A stretch of 64,000 nucleotides of DNA. Origin: a virus. Lineage: Duplodnaviria; Caudoviricetes. The notes under the pieces were generated by a model. The model saw only the letters and a program-made list of their open reading frames with translations, made no database searches and was not told where the DNA came from. The DNA is taken from positions 1 to 64,000 of IMG/VR virus record IMGVR_UViG_3300037631_006232; one strand, 5' to 3'. Shown here one piece after another: positions 9,092 through 19,554 of this stretch (the stretch's first letter is position 1; every line of letters starts with the position of its first letter). The position numbers were made by a program, and so were the translations under genes.

Positions 9092-12000
9092 ATGAACGCC
9101 ACTAATAGTATGTTGCATCCCCGCCTAGTAAAAGAAGCAAATTTGAATAGCATAATTGAAGCCATTACAGAAGGCGGCCCTGCCCTGTATAGCAACTATT
9201 TAAAACCAGCATTAGCATCTATGGGAGACTCTTTAGGAACAGGGCTTTTAGGAGGTTATGCAGACTCTCTTAGTGGCTTAGGTACATCTGCGGGAGTTAT
9301 GTCGGGGCTAGGTTCTTCCGAACTCCTAAGAAGAAATGCTCCTAACCTTTTTAAAAATAATCCTAGAAAAGCGAGGCTATTAGAAGCTTCCCTAGCAGGC
9401 GGACTAGGAGGTGCTGCAGGATTAGCAGGTTTAGCATTAGCCAAACCTTTAGGAATAAGAACTGCTAATAAATCACTAGCAAGTAGATTAGGATCTACAG
9501 CATTAATAACAGCTGGGTTAGAAAATATAGTAGACCCTATGTACGTTTATAACGTACTAGGAGAAGATCCGGGGGCTTTAAAAACAATAGGTAAGTCTTT
9601 AGCAGGTACTGGTTTATTGACAGCTGGAGCTACTGTAGCAGAACAGGGCAAGCTAAGATCTGCTATAGCTAGGGCCAGGCGCCTAAAAAGGAAAGCTCCT
9701 AAGAGTTTAAGCTTTCTTGAGCAATTTAAAAAACAAAGGAGCACTTTACCTGGAGGAACTATGCCGGGTATGGCTGCTTTAAATCTAATGGCCTCGGGAA
9801 GCCCTGTATTAGGTACCGCAGGTATAGGAGGAAGCCTCCTATTTAATGACGAGGTTACTGGCTATGCAGCAAAAGTAGTAGACGAATTAAAAAAGCAGAA
9901 AAAAATAAAAGACATGTATAAGAAGTCTAGCTTTGCAGCTCCTATAGTAGAAACAACAAAGTTAGCTGCGCCTGCGTACATGACTACTAGCCCTAGATCC
10001 TTAGAGGCTCCTACTAGGTACAAGTATTCTAATTTTTTTACTGATATAGCTAAAAACCTGGGGACTTGGGGTAAAAACCTTACAAAGAACCTAGGTAAAA
10101 AGACGATTAGAGGCGTTGCTTCTAGAGTAGGGGGCATAAGATCTCAACGTAATCTGCAACAAGGCTTATCCTCTGCGGCTCAGAAAATTACAGGAGCTGC
10201 GGATGATGTAGCTCATCAGTTTGGAGGCCAATTAAGAAAATCCCTCAAAGCTCCTGTACAACAAACTTCTAACGTAGCAGATGATGGCTTAAATTGGTGG
10301 CAGCGAACGCAAAAAGGATTTTCCCAAGCTTGGGATGAAGGATCTGCTCAGAGATTACAAAGAACAGAGAATATAGGTGCGGACGCAGCTCAAGCTAGAG
10401 TACAAGCTGCTAAAGTTTATAATAGCCCGGCTGCAACCACTGCTCAAAGACAAGGAGTAGTAGATGATGCCTTAGCAGATTACTACCAAACAGCTAGAAC
10501 TACTAATCCAGTAACTAGAGAAGGAGAAGATCTACTAAGAGCAGGGCAAGCTTCGCAATCTAGAAGAGAGCTTACCCAACAAGTAGCTGATCCTACTAGA
10601 CGGGCTAGAGAAACCATTACATCTACGGAGGCTACTTATGATGCGGCAGGTAATCTAGTACCGGGTAGTATGGACTTAGGCAACTTTTCTGGAAATGTTG
10701 ACGATTACGAAAAACAAGTAAGAAACTACGTAAATCAAGTAGAGACTCAATATGGGTCTCTGAGTGGAGATAGAGTTCCTCAGTATATACGTAATCAAAT
10801 AGATCAAATGGATAGGCAGGTAGGAATAGCGCGTGGGCAGATGTTAGAGGATGTAGGAGAAGGTTACTACTCTCAAATGCGAGCACAGTTAGCCCCAGAT
10901 TCGATACCGACAGCAGGCTCTGCTCCCCCTCTCTATAGTAAACCTATTACTCAACTAGATGATCAAATAAGTAATCTTACACAACAGCGTTCGGATCTTG
11001 CAAACCAGCTAACCAACCCAGCCGGAGGTGATGTTGTAACGGTTCAACTACAAAGTAGAATACGGGCTCTAGATGATAACCTAGCTGATTTGACTAATAC
11101 TAGACAGCAAGCATTAAGTTCGTATGGTGAAGCTGCAGGCCGGCAAAACGTAAGTAGGCTTAATGCTCCTGTACAAGCGCCAGGGCAATATGCAGGAGCT
11201 CCTGAGTATTTACAGCAATCTAGGCTGCTACAGCAAACTGCCGATGATATCGCAGCTAAGGTAGACGACTTACAGGCCTCCATACCTGTGACAAATAACC
11301 CCGTAATTAAATCACAACAACAAGCAGAACTACAGTATTTACAAGGCCAACAAACTCAACTAGCTGACCAAGTAAGTCAAGCACAAGCTACTGCAGCTAG
11401 AATGGATTTTGGAGGTAATTTAACTGCGGTAAACGATATAACATCGGTAACACAAGGACGGCAGGTATTCCAACAAACTGATGATGCTATAAGAAGCATA
11501 GACGACACTCTAAATAGAGCAAACCTTAGTCAGAACGAGATAACCGCACTCACTAATAGAAAAAATGAGTTAACTGCTACTAGATCCGCTTTAGTAGATA
11601 GGCAAATAAATGTAGCTACTTTAGACGATATTCCAGGAATGTTGCAAAATACTTCTTCACGAAAGCAGCAGGCTCAGAGCATTATAGATGATCTATCAGG
11701 TAATGTTACACAACAACAAAGACAGCAGGCAGCGTCTAAATTACAAGAAGCAGAGCGCTTAGAAGCACAACTACTAACTAGACAAGATAATTTACAAAGA
11801 GGAGTAGACAGTGCTAACCAAACTTCTGCTTTATCACAGTCTAGAAGTAAATTAGATCCCACTATTAGAAACCGAGATAAACAAACCTTCGGTGCTGGCG
11901 GTGGTGTAGATAATGTGCAGATGCTAGGAGCTGAATCTAATGTACAAGGATACGTACAGAGAAATAACTTACTACCCGAAGGATACTCTCAAATTGCTAC

Positions 12001-13573
12001 TAAAAAAGACGGTAGAAAACTTCTAAAAGATTCTGGACTAGAAGATGCGCTAAATGCTATTGAAGCACAAGCTGATGTAGAAATGCTAGCTAAGTATACC
12101 CTACCGGATAATCTTGAAGAAGCTGTAAGTAATACTTTACGTAGCATATACAAAAGTCCAGGAGCTTTAGACGAGCAAAATATAGTAAGAAATTTACAAT
12201 CTGTAGGACTAGAAGATGATATAGCTAGAAGCATTGCTAGAGAGTCTATAACAAATACAGGAGTTCAACAAGCTAGAAGAGACCTTAGTATAGCTAATGA
12301 GCTATTTAAAACAGAAGTAAGCGCTACTATGAATAAGGGGTACGGTAAACTATCTGATAAAATAGTTAAAAATGTAGATGCGCAAATACGTAAAGCTAAC
12401 ATAACTCCAGAAAGCGAAGCTCAAGTAAGAGGTGTTATGACCGCTCTACAAAACTCAGGAGTAGCTCAATCACCACAAGGTTCTACTATGCTTGCTATGT
12501 TACAGGATTCTATACCATCAGGCCCTGAATCAGTTCAAAGAGCTGTAGATGATATAACAGCAGTTATGCAAGGTAGAAGACTAACAGTTACTACTTCTGG
12601 TAAAGGTGAAGGAGTGTTTACAAAGCTCTTTGGTGGCGGAAAAGCTAGACAAGGTTCTTTACAACTAAGTGATGATCAAATAAGCTCTCTAGGAGGGGCT
12701 AATCTAGTAGCTAGAGGAGGTAGTCGTGTAGATGTATCTAAGGGCTTTAAAGCAGAAAACATAGACCAACTGCAAAGACACTTTACTGACCCCGCGTTAG
12801 CTTCAACGCTATCTGATAAAGTTGTTAAGACTGAGGCAGGTAAAGGAGCTGTAAATAAACTCCTATCTGGTAATGCTACTGTAGCTAAGATGTCTCCCGA
12901 CGAGTTATCCGCTCTTAGTATACAACCTTTCCAAAATACTGTTAAAGTAAAGCAAGTACTAGGAGCAAAAAGCGTAGGAAAATCTACTTCAGAGCTTCAA
13001 GCAGAGATAGGTAAAAAACTTAAAGGATTAGACTCAAAAATAAATAGGTCTAATGACCCAGCTGAAATTGCTAGTCTTACTGCTCAAAAACAAGGGTTGG
13101 ATGATTTAGTAGGAGAGCTTAACCAACACTCGGACCAAGTACAAAGCACCTTAGATAACTACACTAATGCTGTACGAGAAGCTAGGGTTAATTACAGTAA
13201 GTCTGGAGGCACTACCGGCTACTTAGAATTTTCAGGTCAAGTAAATCCTGCTACATCTACCTTTATGGAGACTAATTTACCTTCTGTAGCAGGCTTACCA
13301 GCAACCCTAGGGTTTGGAGCCGCAGCTACTGGCGCCGTAGGGTATGGAGCCATGCAGCCTACAGCCGCTAGTTACGGAGGGATGCAAGCGACTGCTAGCT
13401 TTGGTACAAGTCCTCTAGCAGCTCCTGTAGTTTATATGAAAAAGTCAGCCATGGACGCTCCAATGAACAAATTTAAAGCTAATGAAATACCTAAGGTACC
13501 TAAATCAAAAGTTGTGGAGTCTCCCTTAACTAGTACAAAGTTGCACAGTTTTCTAAATGCCCCAGTTATGTAG
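9092..13573 (+). CDS. Large Ala/Gln/Gly-rich protein, probable ejected virion protein
   Basis: 1493 aa; hydrophobic N-terminal segments and coiled-coil Gln-rich middle; KEA, KKSS, KLAA and KKSA motifs. Confidence 0.55.
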   Translation: MNATNSMLHPRLVKEANLNSIIEAITEGGPALYSNYLKPALASMGDSLGTGLLGGYADSLSGLGTSAGVMSGLGSSELLRRNAPNLFKNNPRKARLLEASLAGGLGGAAGLAGLALAKPLGIRTANKSLASRLGSTALITAGLENIVDPMYVYNVLGEDPGALKTIGKSLAGTGLLTAGATVAEQGKLRSAIARARRLKRKAPKSLSFLEQFKKQRSTLPGGTMPGMAALNLMASGSPVLGTAGIGGSLLFNDEVTGYAAKVVDELKKQKKIKDMYKKSSFAAPIVETTKLAAPAYMTTSPRSLEAPTRYKYSNFFTDIAKNLGTWGKNLTKNLGKKTIRGVASRVGGIRSQRNLQQGLSSAAQKITGAADDVAHQFGGQLRKSLKAPVQQTSNVADDGLNWWQRTQKGFSQAWDEGSAQRLQRTENIGADAAQARVQAAKVYNSPAATTAQRQGVVDDALADYYQTARTTNPVTREGEDLLRAGQASQSRRELTQQVADPTRRARETITSTEATYDAAGNLVPGSMDLGNFSGNVDDYEKQVRNYVNQVETQYGSLSGDRVPQYIRNQIDQMDRQVGIARGQMLEDVGEGYYSQMRAQLAPDSIPTAGSAPPLYSKPITQLDDQISNLTQQRSDLANQLTNPAGGDVVTVQLQSRIRALDDNLADLTNTRQQALSSYGEAAGRQNVSRLNAPVQAPGQYAGAPEYLQQSRLLQQTADDIAAKVDDLQASIPVTNNPVIKSQQQAELQYLQGQQTQLADQVSQAQATAARMDFGGNLTAVNDITSVTQGRQVFQQTDDAIRSIDDTLNRANLSQNEITALTNRKNELTATRSALVDRQINVATLDDIPGMLQNTSSRKQQAQSIIDDLSGNVTQQQRQQAASKLQEAERLEAQLLTRQDNLQRGVDSANQTSALSQSRSKLDPTIRNRDKQTFGAGGGVDNVQMLGAESNVQGYVQRNNLLPEGYSQIATKKDGRKLLKDSGLEDALNAIEAQADVEMLAKYTLPDNLEEAVSNTLRSIYKSPGALDEQNIVRNLQSVGLEDDIARSIARESITNTGVQQARRDLSIANELFKTEVSATMNKGYGKLSDKIVKNVDAQIRKANITPESEAQVRGVMTALQNSGVAQSPQGSTMLAMLQDSIPSGPESVQRAVDDITAVMQGRRLTVTTSGKGEGVFTKLFGGGKARQGSLQLSDDQISSLGGANLVARGGSRVDVSKGFKAENIDQLQRHFTDPALASTLSDKVVKTEAGKGAVNKLLSGNATVAKMSPDELSALSIQPFQNTVKVKQVLGAKSVGKSTSELQAEIGKKLKGLDSKINRSNDPAEIASLTAQKQGLDDLVGELNQHSDQVQSTLDNYTNAVREARVNYSKSGGTTGYLEFSGQVNPATSTFMETNLPSVAGLPATLGFGAAATGAVGYGAMQPTAASYGGMQATASFGTSPLAAPVVYMKKSAMDAPMNKFKANEIPKVPKSKVVESPLTSTKLHSFLNAPVM

Positions 13574-13582
13574 GAGTTAGTA

Positions 13583-14467
13583 ATGGGACTATTCAATTTT
13601 GGTGAAGAAGAATCTAAAGGCAGCCCCTTATTTGCTACGGCTTTAGCAGGAGGAGCTATAGGAGCAACTCCCTTAGCAGGCTACGTATCTGATAGTTACA
13701 TAGAACCTAGTAGAGTGGCGCTAAGTAAAGAGCTCGCTACTGAGGTACCTAAGTTCGATAATGATATTGTTCGTAAATTAACCGAAGTAATGCTGGACAA
13801 AGAGAATGTAGATATACCTATCTTAATGGGGGCTAATTATACAGAAGGGTACTCTCCAGTAGGTAAGGATTTCTTACCTAAAAAAGAAGACTTCTTCGGA
13901 GCCTTAGATAAAGGTGGTTATGATTTATTAGGAAGTGGGGATAAAATACACCCTCTAACTGCTGTAGAAAGAGCTCGCAGAATAGGAGGTTTTATAAAAG
14001 GGAAACCTTCCACAGACATAGGGACTTTAGCGCATGAGTTAGGCCATGCTACGCAACTGAATAAAAATCAAGGCGTTAGAGCAACTAAACTATACGACCT
14101 TATAGAGAACCTAAGCAGGAAGACACTAACTCCCAGAAACTCAGCTAGAGCTGCTGGACTATTAGCTTTAGGCGGATTTTCTATCGATTCCGATAACGAC
14201 GCTAAGTACTTACTGCCTGCCTTAGCAGCAGCTAGCCAAGCACCTGTACTGTATGAAGAAGGCAAAGCCAGTGTAGAAGCCCTTAAAGGTCTTAAGAATT
14301 TAGTATCAAAAAATAAAGGTATCATACCTAAAGATTCTTTAGATAAAGTAGCACCTATGCTTAGAAGAGCTTTCGGCACCTACGGGCTAAGAAGTGCAGG
14401 TATACTAGCAGCGCCCTTATTGGCCTTAGCAGCTAGAAGTAAATACGATGAGTATCTTAAAGATTAG
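13583..14467 (+). CDS. Zinc metallopeptidase-like membrane-associated protein
   Basis: HELGH motif, downstream E..AS..A, hydrophobic helices. Confidence 0.65.
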   Translation: MGLFNFGEEESKGSPLFATALAGGAIGATPLAGYVSDSYIEPSRVALSKELATEVPKFDNDIVRKLTEVMLDKENVDIPILMGANYTEGYSPVGKDFLPKKEDFFGALDKGGYDLLGSGDKIHPLTAVERARRIGGFIKGKPSTDIGTLAHELGHATQLNKNQGVRATKLYDLIENLSRKTLTPRNSARAAGLLALGGFSIDSDNDAKYLLPALAAASQAPVLYEEGKASVEALKGLKNLVSKNKGIIPKDSLDKVAPMLRRAFGTYGLRSAGILAAPLLALAARSKYDEYLKD

Positions 14468-14666
14468 TATCTTCTTCTATTAGATCAGATAAATCGTCTT
14501 CTTTAGGCATCAAATCACTAGAAACATCTTGCACATCAGGAAATTCTTGTTTAAATAGTATAGACATGCAAGAATTGCAAATCCCCCCATCAGGGGTTTC
14601 ATCGATGTCTGCATGTAAGCAGAGTTCGGGAGTTAAGTCACTCTCGTAAAAATCACTACCATTCAT
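14457..14666 (-). CDS. Small acidic protein with CxH..CxxC motif
   Basis: GGAGG SD 5 nt before the ATG at 14666. Confidence 0.5.
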   Translation of the reverse strand: MNGSDFYESDLTPELCLHADIDETPDGGICNSCMSILFKQEFPDVQDVSSDLMPKEDDLSDLIEEDTNL

Positions 14667-14676
14667 AGGAGCCTCC

Positions 14677-15312
14677 ATGAGAAAATTTGGTGTTGTTGCG
14701 GAAGAAAGAACTTCCCTTACTAATTCTACCTTAAAAAGTAATAAACAGGAAGAGTTACCTCCCGAGTTAAATGCGGATATTGAAGCTACGCGCCAATTAG
14801 ATGACGAAGCTATCGCTCTTCAAAACCTACTAGATAATATGGATGGGCCCAGACAAAGTCCTAGAGACCATTGGTTGGAAGAAATAGATTTAGAGAATAT
14901 GACTAGCGACGAAGCAGCCAAGATCTTAGATCAAGTTATTACCAATGGTATGTACGAAGAAACTTACAAAATGGGTAAGATGGTAGTAAGGCTAAGAACA
15001 CGAACTACTTCTGATGCAGATAGAGTTATCGAAGCAATCCAAGATTTTAAACCAGAGACTAATGGCACTTTATCGCACTTAATTGCTCGTATGAACCTTG
15101 CTGCCAGCATTTCTAAGTTTGGAGAATCCCAGTTTAACTTCACCCCTCCCAATGATGGTGCTCAGGAAGTACTAGAAGCAGAGTTTACAGAAAGATACAA
15201 TTTCTTAAGCAATTTACCTTCTCAAATTTTCTTTGCTTTAACTCAGATCCTAGAAAGATTTGATAGGCGAGTACAATTAGCTTGCGACCCTAGGGCTATC
15301 GAAAATTTTTAA
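14677..15312 (+). CDS. Tail assembly chaperone (G-like)
   Basis: Lies upstream of the tape measure gene and ends in slippery A AAT TTT TAA. Confidence 0.65.
   Translation: MRKFGVVAEERTSLTNSTLKSNKQEELPPELNADIEATRQLDDEAIALQNLLDNMDGPRQSPRDHWLEEIDLENMTSDEAAKILDQVITNGMYEETYKMGKMVVRLRTRTTSDADRVIEAIQDFKPETNGTLSHLIARMNLAASISKFGESQFNFTPPNDGAQEVLEAEFTERYNFLSNLPSQIFFALTQILERFDRRVQLACDPRAIENF
15303..15309 (+). other. -1 programmed ribosomal frameshift heptamer AAATTTT
   Basis: Fits X XXY YYZ just before the stop; the -1 frame is open (LSRPWGSARAQ) into ORF 15342..15653. Confidence 0.75.
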
Positions 15313-15341
15313 GTAGGCCTTGGGGTAGTGCCAGAGCACAA

Positions 15342-15653
15342 ATGCTATTGTGGGGTATAGAGTTACCTCCAGTAGGAAGTGCGAGAAGCTGGATCATGGA
15401 AGAAATGGTCCACAGAGAGCGGATGCGTAAATGGCACTACCACTATTCACAAGTTCTTGGTTTAGCCGCACAAGTAACTGGAGACAAAAGTCTATTAGAT
15501 AAGTTAGCATCTAGATTAGATAAACTTTTTAATATGGAGCTACATATTCCTGAATCGTATGATTTTATAGGAGTAGACGGTGAAATAGAAGAACGAGTTT
15601 CTCCTTCAGATGAAGACCTTCTTAAAATGTTAGACAGGATACCAGATGTATAA
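15342..15653 (+). CDS. Tail assembly chaperone frameshift extension (GT-like)
   Basis: In the -1 frame relative to 14677..15312, with no clear SD; overlaps the tape measure start. Confidence 0.65.
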   Translation: MLLWGIELPPVGSARSWIMEEMVHRERMRKWHYHYSQVLGLAAQVTGDKSLLDKLASRLDKLFNMELHIPESYDFIGVDGEIEERVSPSDEDLLKMLDRIPDV

Positions 15654-18600
15654 CCAAGTCCAAGGCACTTACCCACAATTAGCAGGTAGTTTCCATAACG
15701 CACAAGGCATGTTGCCTCATGATAATGGAAGAACTGCCCAACAAGTGCCCACCTTTATGGGTGGTGTACAAGGTATGATCAATGCCAGTTCATCAGCTAA
15801 CCAGTTCCAAGGCATACCTCTAGGACAAAGCATTCTAGGGCATCAAAATATTGCTTCTAATAACTACAGGGAAAATTACATTAGAACAATGAATTCTGTA
15901 GTAGGCGGTGTAGGAACAGGTACCTCGCTACTAACACTAGGAGCAGGTATAGCAGGTATGGCCGGATATGGTGGAGCAACCGGTGCTTTGCTAGGTGGGC
16001 CTTTAGGCATACTAGGAGGCATTGGTATAGGAGGCATTGTAGGAGGGTATAAGAGTAAAATGCAGGATGTGGCTGATATGAGGCAGTTATCTATGCAAGG
16101 TAATTTCGGAGGAAGACTCACAGACCCACTAACCGGGCAGTTAAGCCATACGGCTGCTTTTGATATGGCTAGCGGATTAAGGTCTTCAGCTAAAGGTATT
16201 GGGGTTAAATTTTCAGAGATGAAAAACTTAACCGGCATGGCAAGCAACATGGGTATGCTGTCAGGAACCAATAGTATCTCAGAAGTTACTCGTAAAATAA
16301 CAGATCTAGCTAAAGCCTCTAAAGAAATAATGATGTTGGGTGAAGGCATATCTATGGGCGATGCTATGCAACTGCAAAAGCTAACTCAAGATATGGGTAT
16401 TAGCACTGCAAAGTTTCAAGGCATGGGCTTGGGAAGAAACCTAGTTACCGCTGCGAGAGCAGCACGAATGTCTACTCAACAAGCAGCCCAGTTAGGAGGG
16501 CAAGGAGCCGCTACTTACAGCCAAATGGGGTTAGGAGCCGCTTCTGGTATGAACGCAGCTTTCTACTCTAGTACAGCAGCTCAAGCACTAGTAGCCTCTG
16601 GTGCCTTATCCCAGAAAGACCTAACAGCGGTAGGAGGTAAACAAGGTCTAGGTCAATCTCTAATGGGAGGGCAAGCAAGCACTTTAGGTAGATTATCTGA
16701 TACCTTAGTTATGGGTGCAGTTAAAATGGACGACGATGGATCTATGCGGATTGATAGAGAGCTATTAGATCAATATACTAGAGGGCAAGTAACCCGAAAA
16801 GACTTAGTAGAAAGAGGTAGAAACATAGGGTCTGGGCTTTCAAAACACGATAGAAACACTCTTCTAGAACAGCTGCATTACCAGATGCCTGAGCTAAAAC
16901 AAGAAATGTCCGACTCCCTTAGATCAGAAGAGGTTATGCAGATACAATCAAACGAGATAGAGAGTTTACAGAAACGTACAGGCATGAGTTATAGAAGAGC
17001 TGTAGATTCTTATTTTCAAAACCCGCAACAAGCAAAAGCATTTATACATTACGCTAAAAATTTTAGGCAAGTAAGAGCGGAGACTCGAAAGCAAGGTAGG
17101 CTATCTAGCCAAGAAGAGATGTTGCGGTATGCTGGTATGGCCAAGTCAAATACTATGCTGGATAGATTTGGGAGAGCTACCACAGATACCCTAGCGGGAG
17201 TAGTAGATTCTGCAATGGACCCGTTTACAAAAATGGGGGAGGCCTTAGCCATGGATGTTTTGGGGACAGCTAATATTAGACAGAGGGGGGTTAATAGGAT
17301 GATGGGCTACCAGGAGGAGGCTACAGGACCTGACTACCTAATATCTTCAAAGAGATTACTACAGAGAGGAGATAGAAGAGGTAGGCGAAGTACGGGAGAA
17401 AGCGCATTTTCTAACTACGAAGACGCTGTTAAAGGCCTAGGCACTGAGGATTTTATGAACCAATTTGGAGGAGGAGATGAGCTTTTCTTTTTAGGGGGCG
17501 GAGGTTTAGCACAGCGTATGGAGGAAGCGACTAGCGGCCAACAAAACTTTTTAACCAAATTATTCAGAGGACACTACTTAGGTTTTGAAGGTAGTCTAGG
17601 CAGTCTTTTTAGCGACGGTGAGTACCATAAAGAGGTTGTAAGGAAACAAGCAAGGCTTACGGACCAAGCTACAATAGCAGGTAACTTAATGGGGGAAAAA
17701 AGAAACTTCAATATAACCAATTCAAAACAAAGAGCTAAATACACAAAAGCTTTAAGAAGACTACGTGATTTAGGAACTAGGCGTGCTAAAGGAGAAATAG
17801 TAAATATAGATAGACTTACCCCAGATGTATTAGCTCTTGAGGTAGGTTTAAATTTAGATAATAAAGAAGACAGAGCAGCTTTAGGGGCCGCTATGGATTA
17901 TGCAATGACTAAGGATACTGGAGAATCTAGGAAGGGTATTGCTGAACTTAGTAGGACTATGCAGAACATAACAGGATTAAGTGCTTTAGGGGGTCTAGGA
18001 GCAGAACAAAGAGAAAGAGATACTTTAGATATAGGAGGAGGCACTCTTACAGCGGAGGGATTAGATAGAGCGCTTTATCAATCGAATATAGGCTCAGAAG
18101 ACTTAGGAAGCTTACTAGAAGTAATAAATACTGCAGGTAATGTTGTAATGCCTGGCTCTAGGCAATTTAATACTAGGCAGATATTAGGCATGGCGGGGAT
18201 ACAAACAGATAATGTGGATATGCGGCATGCTAAACAATTAATACAAACTCTTGGAAAAGGTATGGTTACTTCAGGAGGTAAAACTGTAGGTATTAAAGAG
18301 GCTACAAATCTTCAAAATATAGCGATAGCAAACTCAGCTCTAGGCAGAGTTAAAAACAGTGAAGAACAAGACCAAATAGACGCTATGAATGCTGAGATAG
18401 AAGCTAACTTAGGTAGAGGTGGTAAAAATTTAGTAAGCGCAGTAACTGCCGCTATGGAAGATCCAGAACAGGCAGCGAGAAGAACAGCTTTAGGGAAGAT
18501 TGCTATTAGTCAGCAGAAGGAAGAAGTAACACGTCTAAAGAAACTACTAACTAAGGATTTTGCTATAGGTGGGGAAGAGAGCCTAATGAGGCAGGTTCTA

Positions 18601-19326
18601 ATGGGTAGAAGCGGGGAGTTGAAAGATGGTACCCGGTTTAGTGCAATTACCCCAGAGCTAATGTCTAAGGCTAGAAGTAGAGAAACAGCGAGAAGAGTAT
18701 TGTTAGCTAAAAAGAAAAGAAAAGGAACAGCATCTGACAATGAGCTAAGGGAACTTGAGATATTACACAGAGGAGCTGACCCTAGATCAGTAGGTTATCA
18801 ACAAGTTATGCGAAAATTCATGCTGCAAGCTGGGGGAGATATAGCAAGAGAGAATAAGAACAGGCGACTAGATAATCCTAGCGAGGAAGATAAACTAAAA
18901 GTAGATGAGATGTTGGAAGCCCAAGAGTTCGGGGAAGGGTTTTTTGATTCAAACTCAGGGCTATCGGGGATACTAGACTCTTTAAAAGGTACGGGAGACA
19001 GTGCAGTTAGTAAGGAGGCTATAGATAAGTTAAAAGCTTCTCCTGAGTTTGCTCGTATACAGTCTCAGTACGACCGCTCTAGAGCGGCAGTAGCGGTAGA
19101 CCCACAGCAAGCAGCACAACAAAAACAAAAATTGCTTGGACAAATAATTGCTGCTTCTAGAGGTATGTCTAGTAAGAATAAGCAAAAAGGAGAAGCGGAT
19201 CAGTTAAAGTCTTCTTTAGACCAAATAAGTAAAGGACTGGACGCTTTCAACACTAAACTAGAGCAGATAAAAGTTCAAGCAGCCAAAGATAGTGTAATAA
19301 ATATACAGCTAACAGCTGAAAAATAA
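15646..19326 (+). CDS. Tail tape measure protein
   Basis: 1226 aa, Ala/Gly/Met/Gln-rich helical sequence with an N-terminal hydrophobic segment; follows the frameshifted chaperone pair. Confidence 0.75.
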   Translation: MYNQVQGTYPQLAGSFHNAQGMLPHDNGRTAQQVPTFMGGVQGMINASSSANQFQGIPLGQSILGHQNIASNNYRENYIRTMNSVVGGVGTGTSLLTLGAGIAGMAGYGGATGALLGGPLGILGGIGIGGIVGGYKSKMQDVADMRQLSMQGNFGGRLTDPLTGQLSHTAAFDMASGLRSSAKGIGVKFSEMKNLTGMASNMGMLSGTNSISEVTRKITDLAKASKEIMMLGEGISMGDAMQLQKLTQDMGISTAKFQGMGLGRNLVTAARAARMSTQQAAQLGGQGAATYSQMGLGAASGMNAAFYSSTAAQALVASGALSQKDLTAVGGKQGLGQSLMGGQASTLGRLSDTLVMGAVKMDDDGSMRIDRELLDQYTRGQVTRKDLVERGRNIGSGLSKHDRNTLLEQLHYQMPELKQEMSDSLRSEEVMQIQSNEIESLQKRTGMSYRRAVDSYFQNPQQAKAFIHYAKNFRQVRAETRKQGRLSSQEEMLRYAGMAKSNTMLDRFGRATTDTLAGVVDSAMDPFTKMGEALAMDVLGTANIRQRGVNRMMGYQEEATGPDYLISSKRLLQRGDRRGRRSTGESAFSNYEDAVKGLGTEDFMNQFGGGDELFFLGGGGLAQRMEEATSGQQNFLTKLFRGHYLGFEGSLGSLFSDGEYHKEVVRKQARLTDQATIAGNLMGEKRNFNITNSKQRAKYTKALRRLRDLGTRRAKGEIVNIDRLTPDVLALEVGLNLDNKEDRAALGAAMDYAMTKDTGESRKGIAELSRTMQNITGLSALGGLGAEQRERDTLDIGGGTLTAEGLDRALYQSNIGSEDLGSLLEVINTAGNVVMPGSRQFNTRQILGMAGIQTDNVDMRHAKQLIQTLGKGMVTSGGKTVGIKEATNLQNIAIANSALGRVKNSEEQDQIDAMNAEIEANLGRGGKNLVSAVTAAMEDPEQAARRTALGKIAISQQKEEVTRLKKLLTKDFAIGGEESLMRQVLMGRSGELKDGTRFSAITPELMSKARSRETARRVLLAKKKRKGTASDNELRELEILHRGADPRSVGYQQVMRKFMLQAGGDIARENKNRRLDNPSEEDKLKVDEMLEAQEFGEGFFDSNSGLSGILDSLKGTGDSAVSKEAIDKLKASPEFARIQSQYDRSRAAVAVDPQQAAQQKQKLLGQIIAASRGMSSKNKQKGEADQLKSSLDQISKGLDAFNTKLEQIKVQAAKDSVINIQLTAEK

Positions 19327-19338
19327 TAGGAGCACCGT

Positions 19339-19554
19339 ATGCCACGTAAAGAAAACTTCCAACTTAGATACGTATTACCTACAGGACAAAGTTTGTTAAC
19401 AACTCGATTAATGGAATGCATAAGCGACCATAAGAGAGGTAAAACCCATATCTACGACCATTTCCCTAGCTACGACGTAGCTATGGCTATAGCTGATCAA
19501 AATACTGTATTAATAGTTCAAGTTTCTGAGTCTGGTCCCATAGGAGTATCATAA
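19339..19554 (+). CDS. Hypothetical protein
   Basis: AGGAG SD; stop overlaps the next start. Confidence 0.55.
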   Translation: MPRKENFQLRYVLPTGQSLLTTRLMECISDHKRGKTHIYDHFPSYDVAMAIADQNTVLIVQVSESGPIGVS

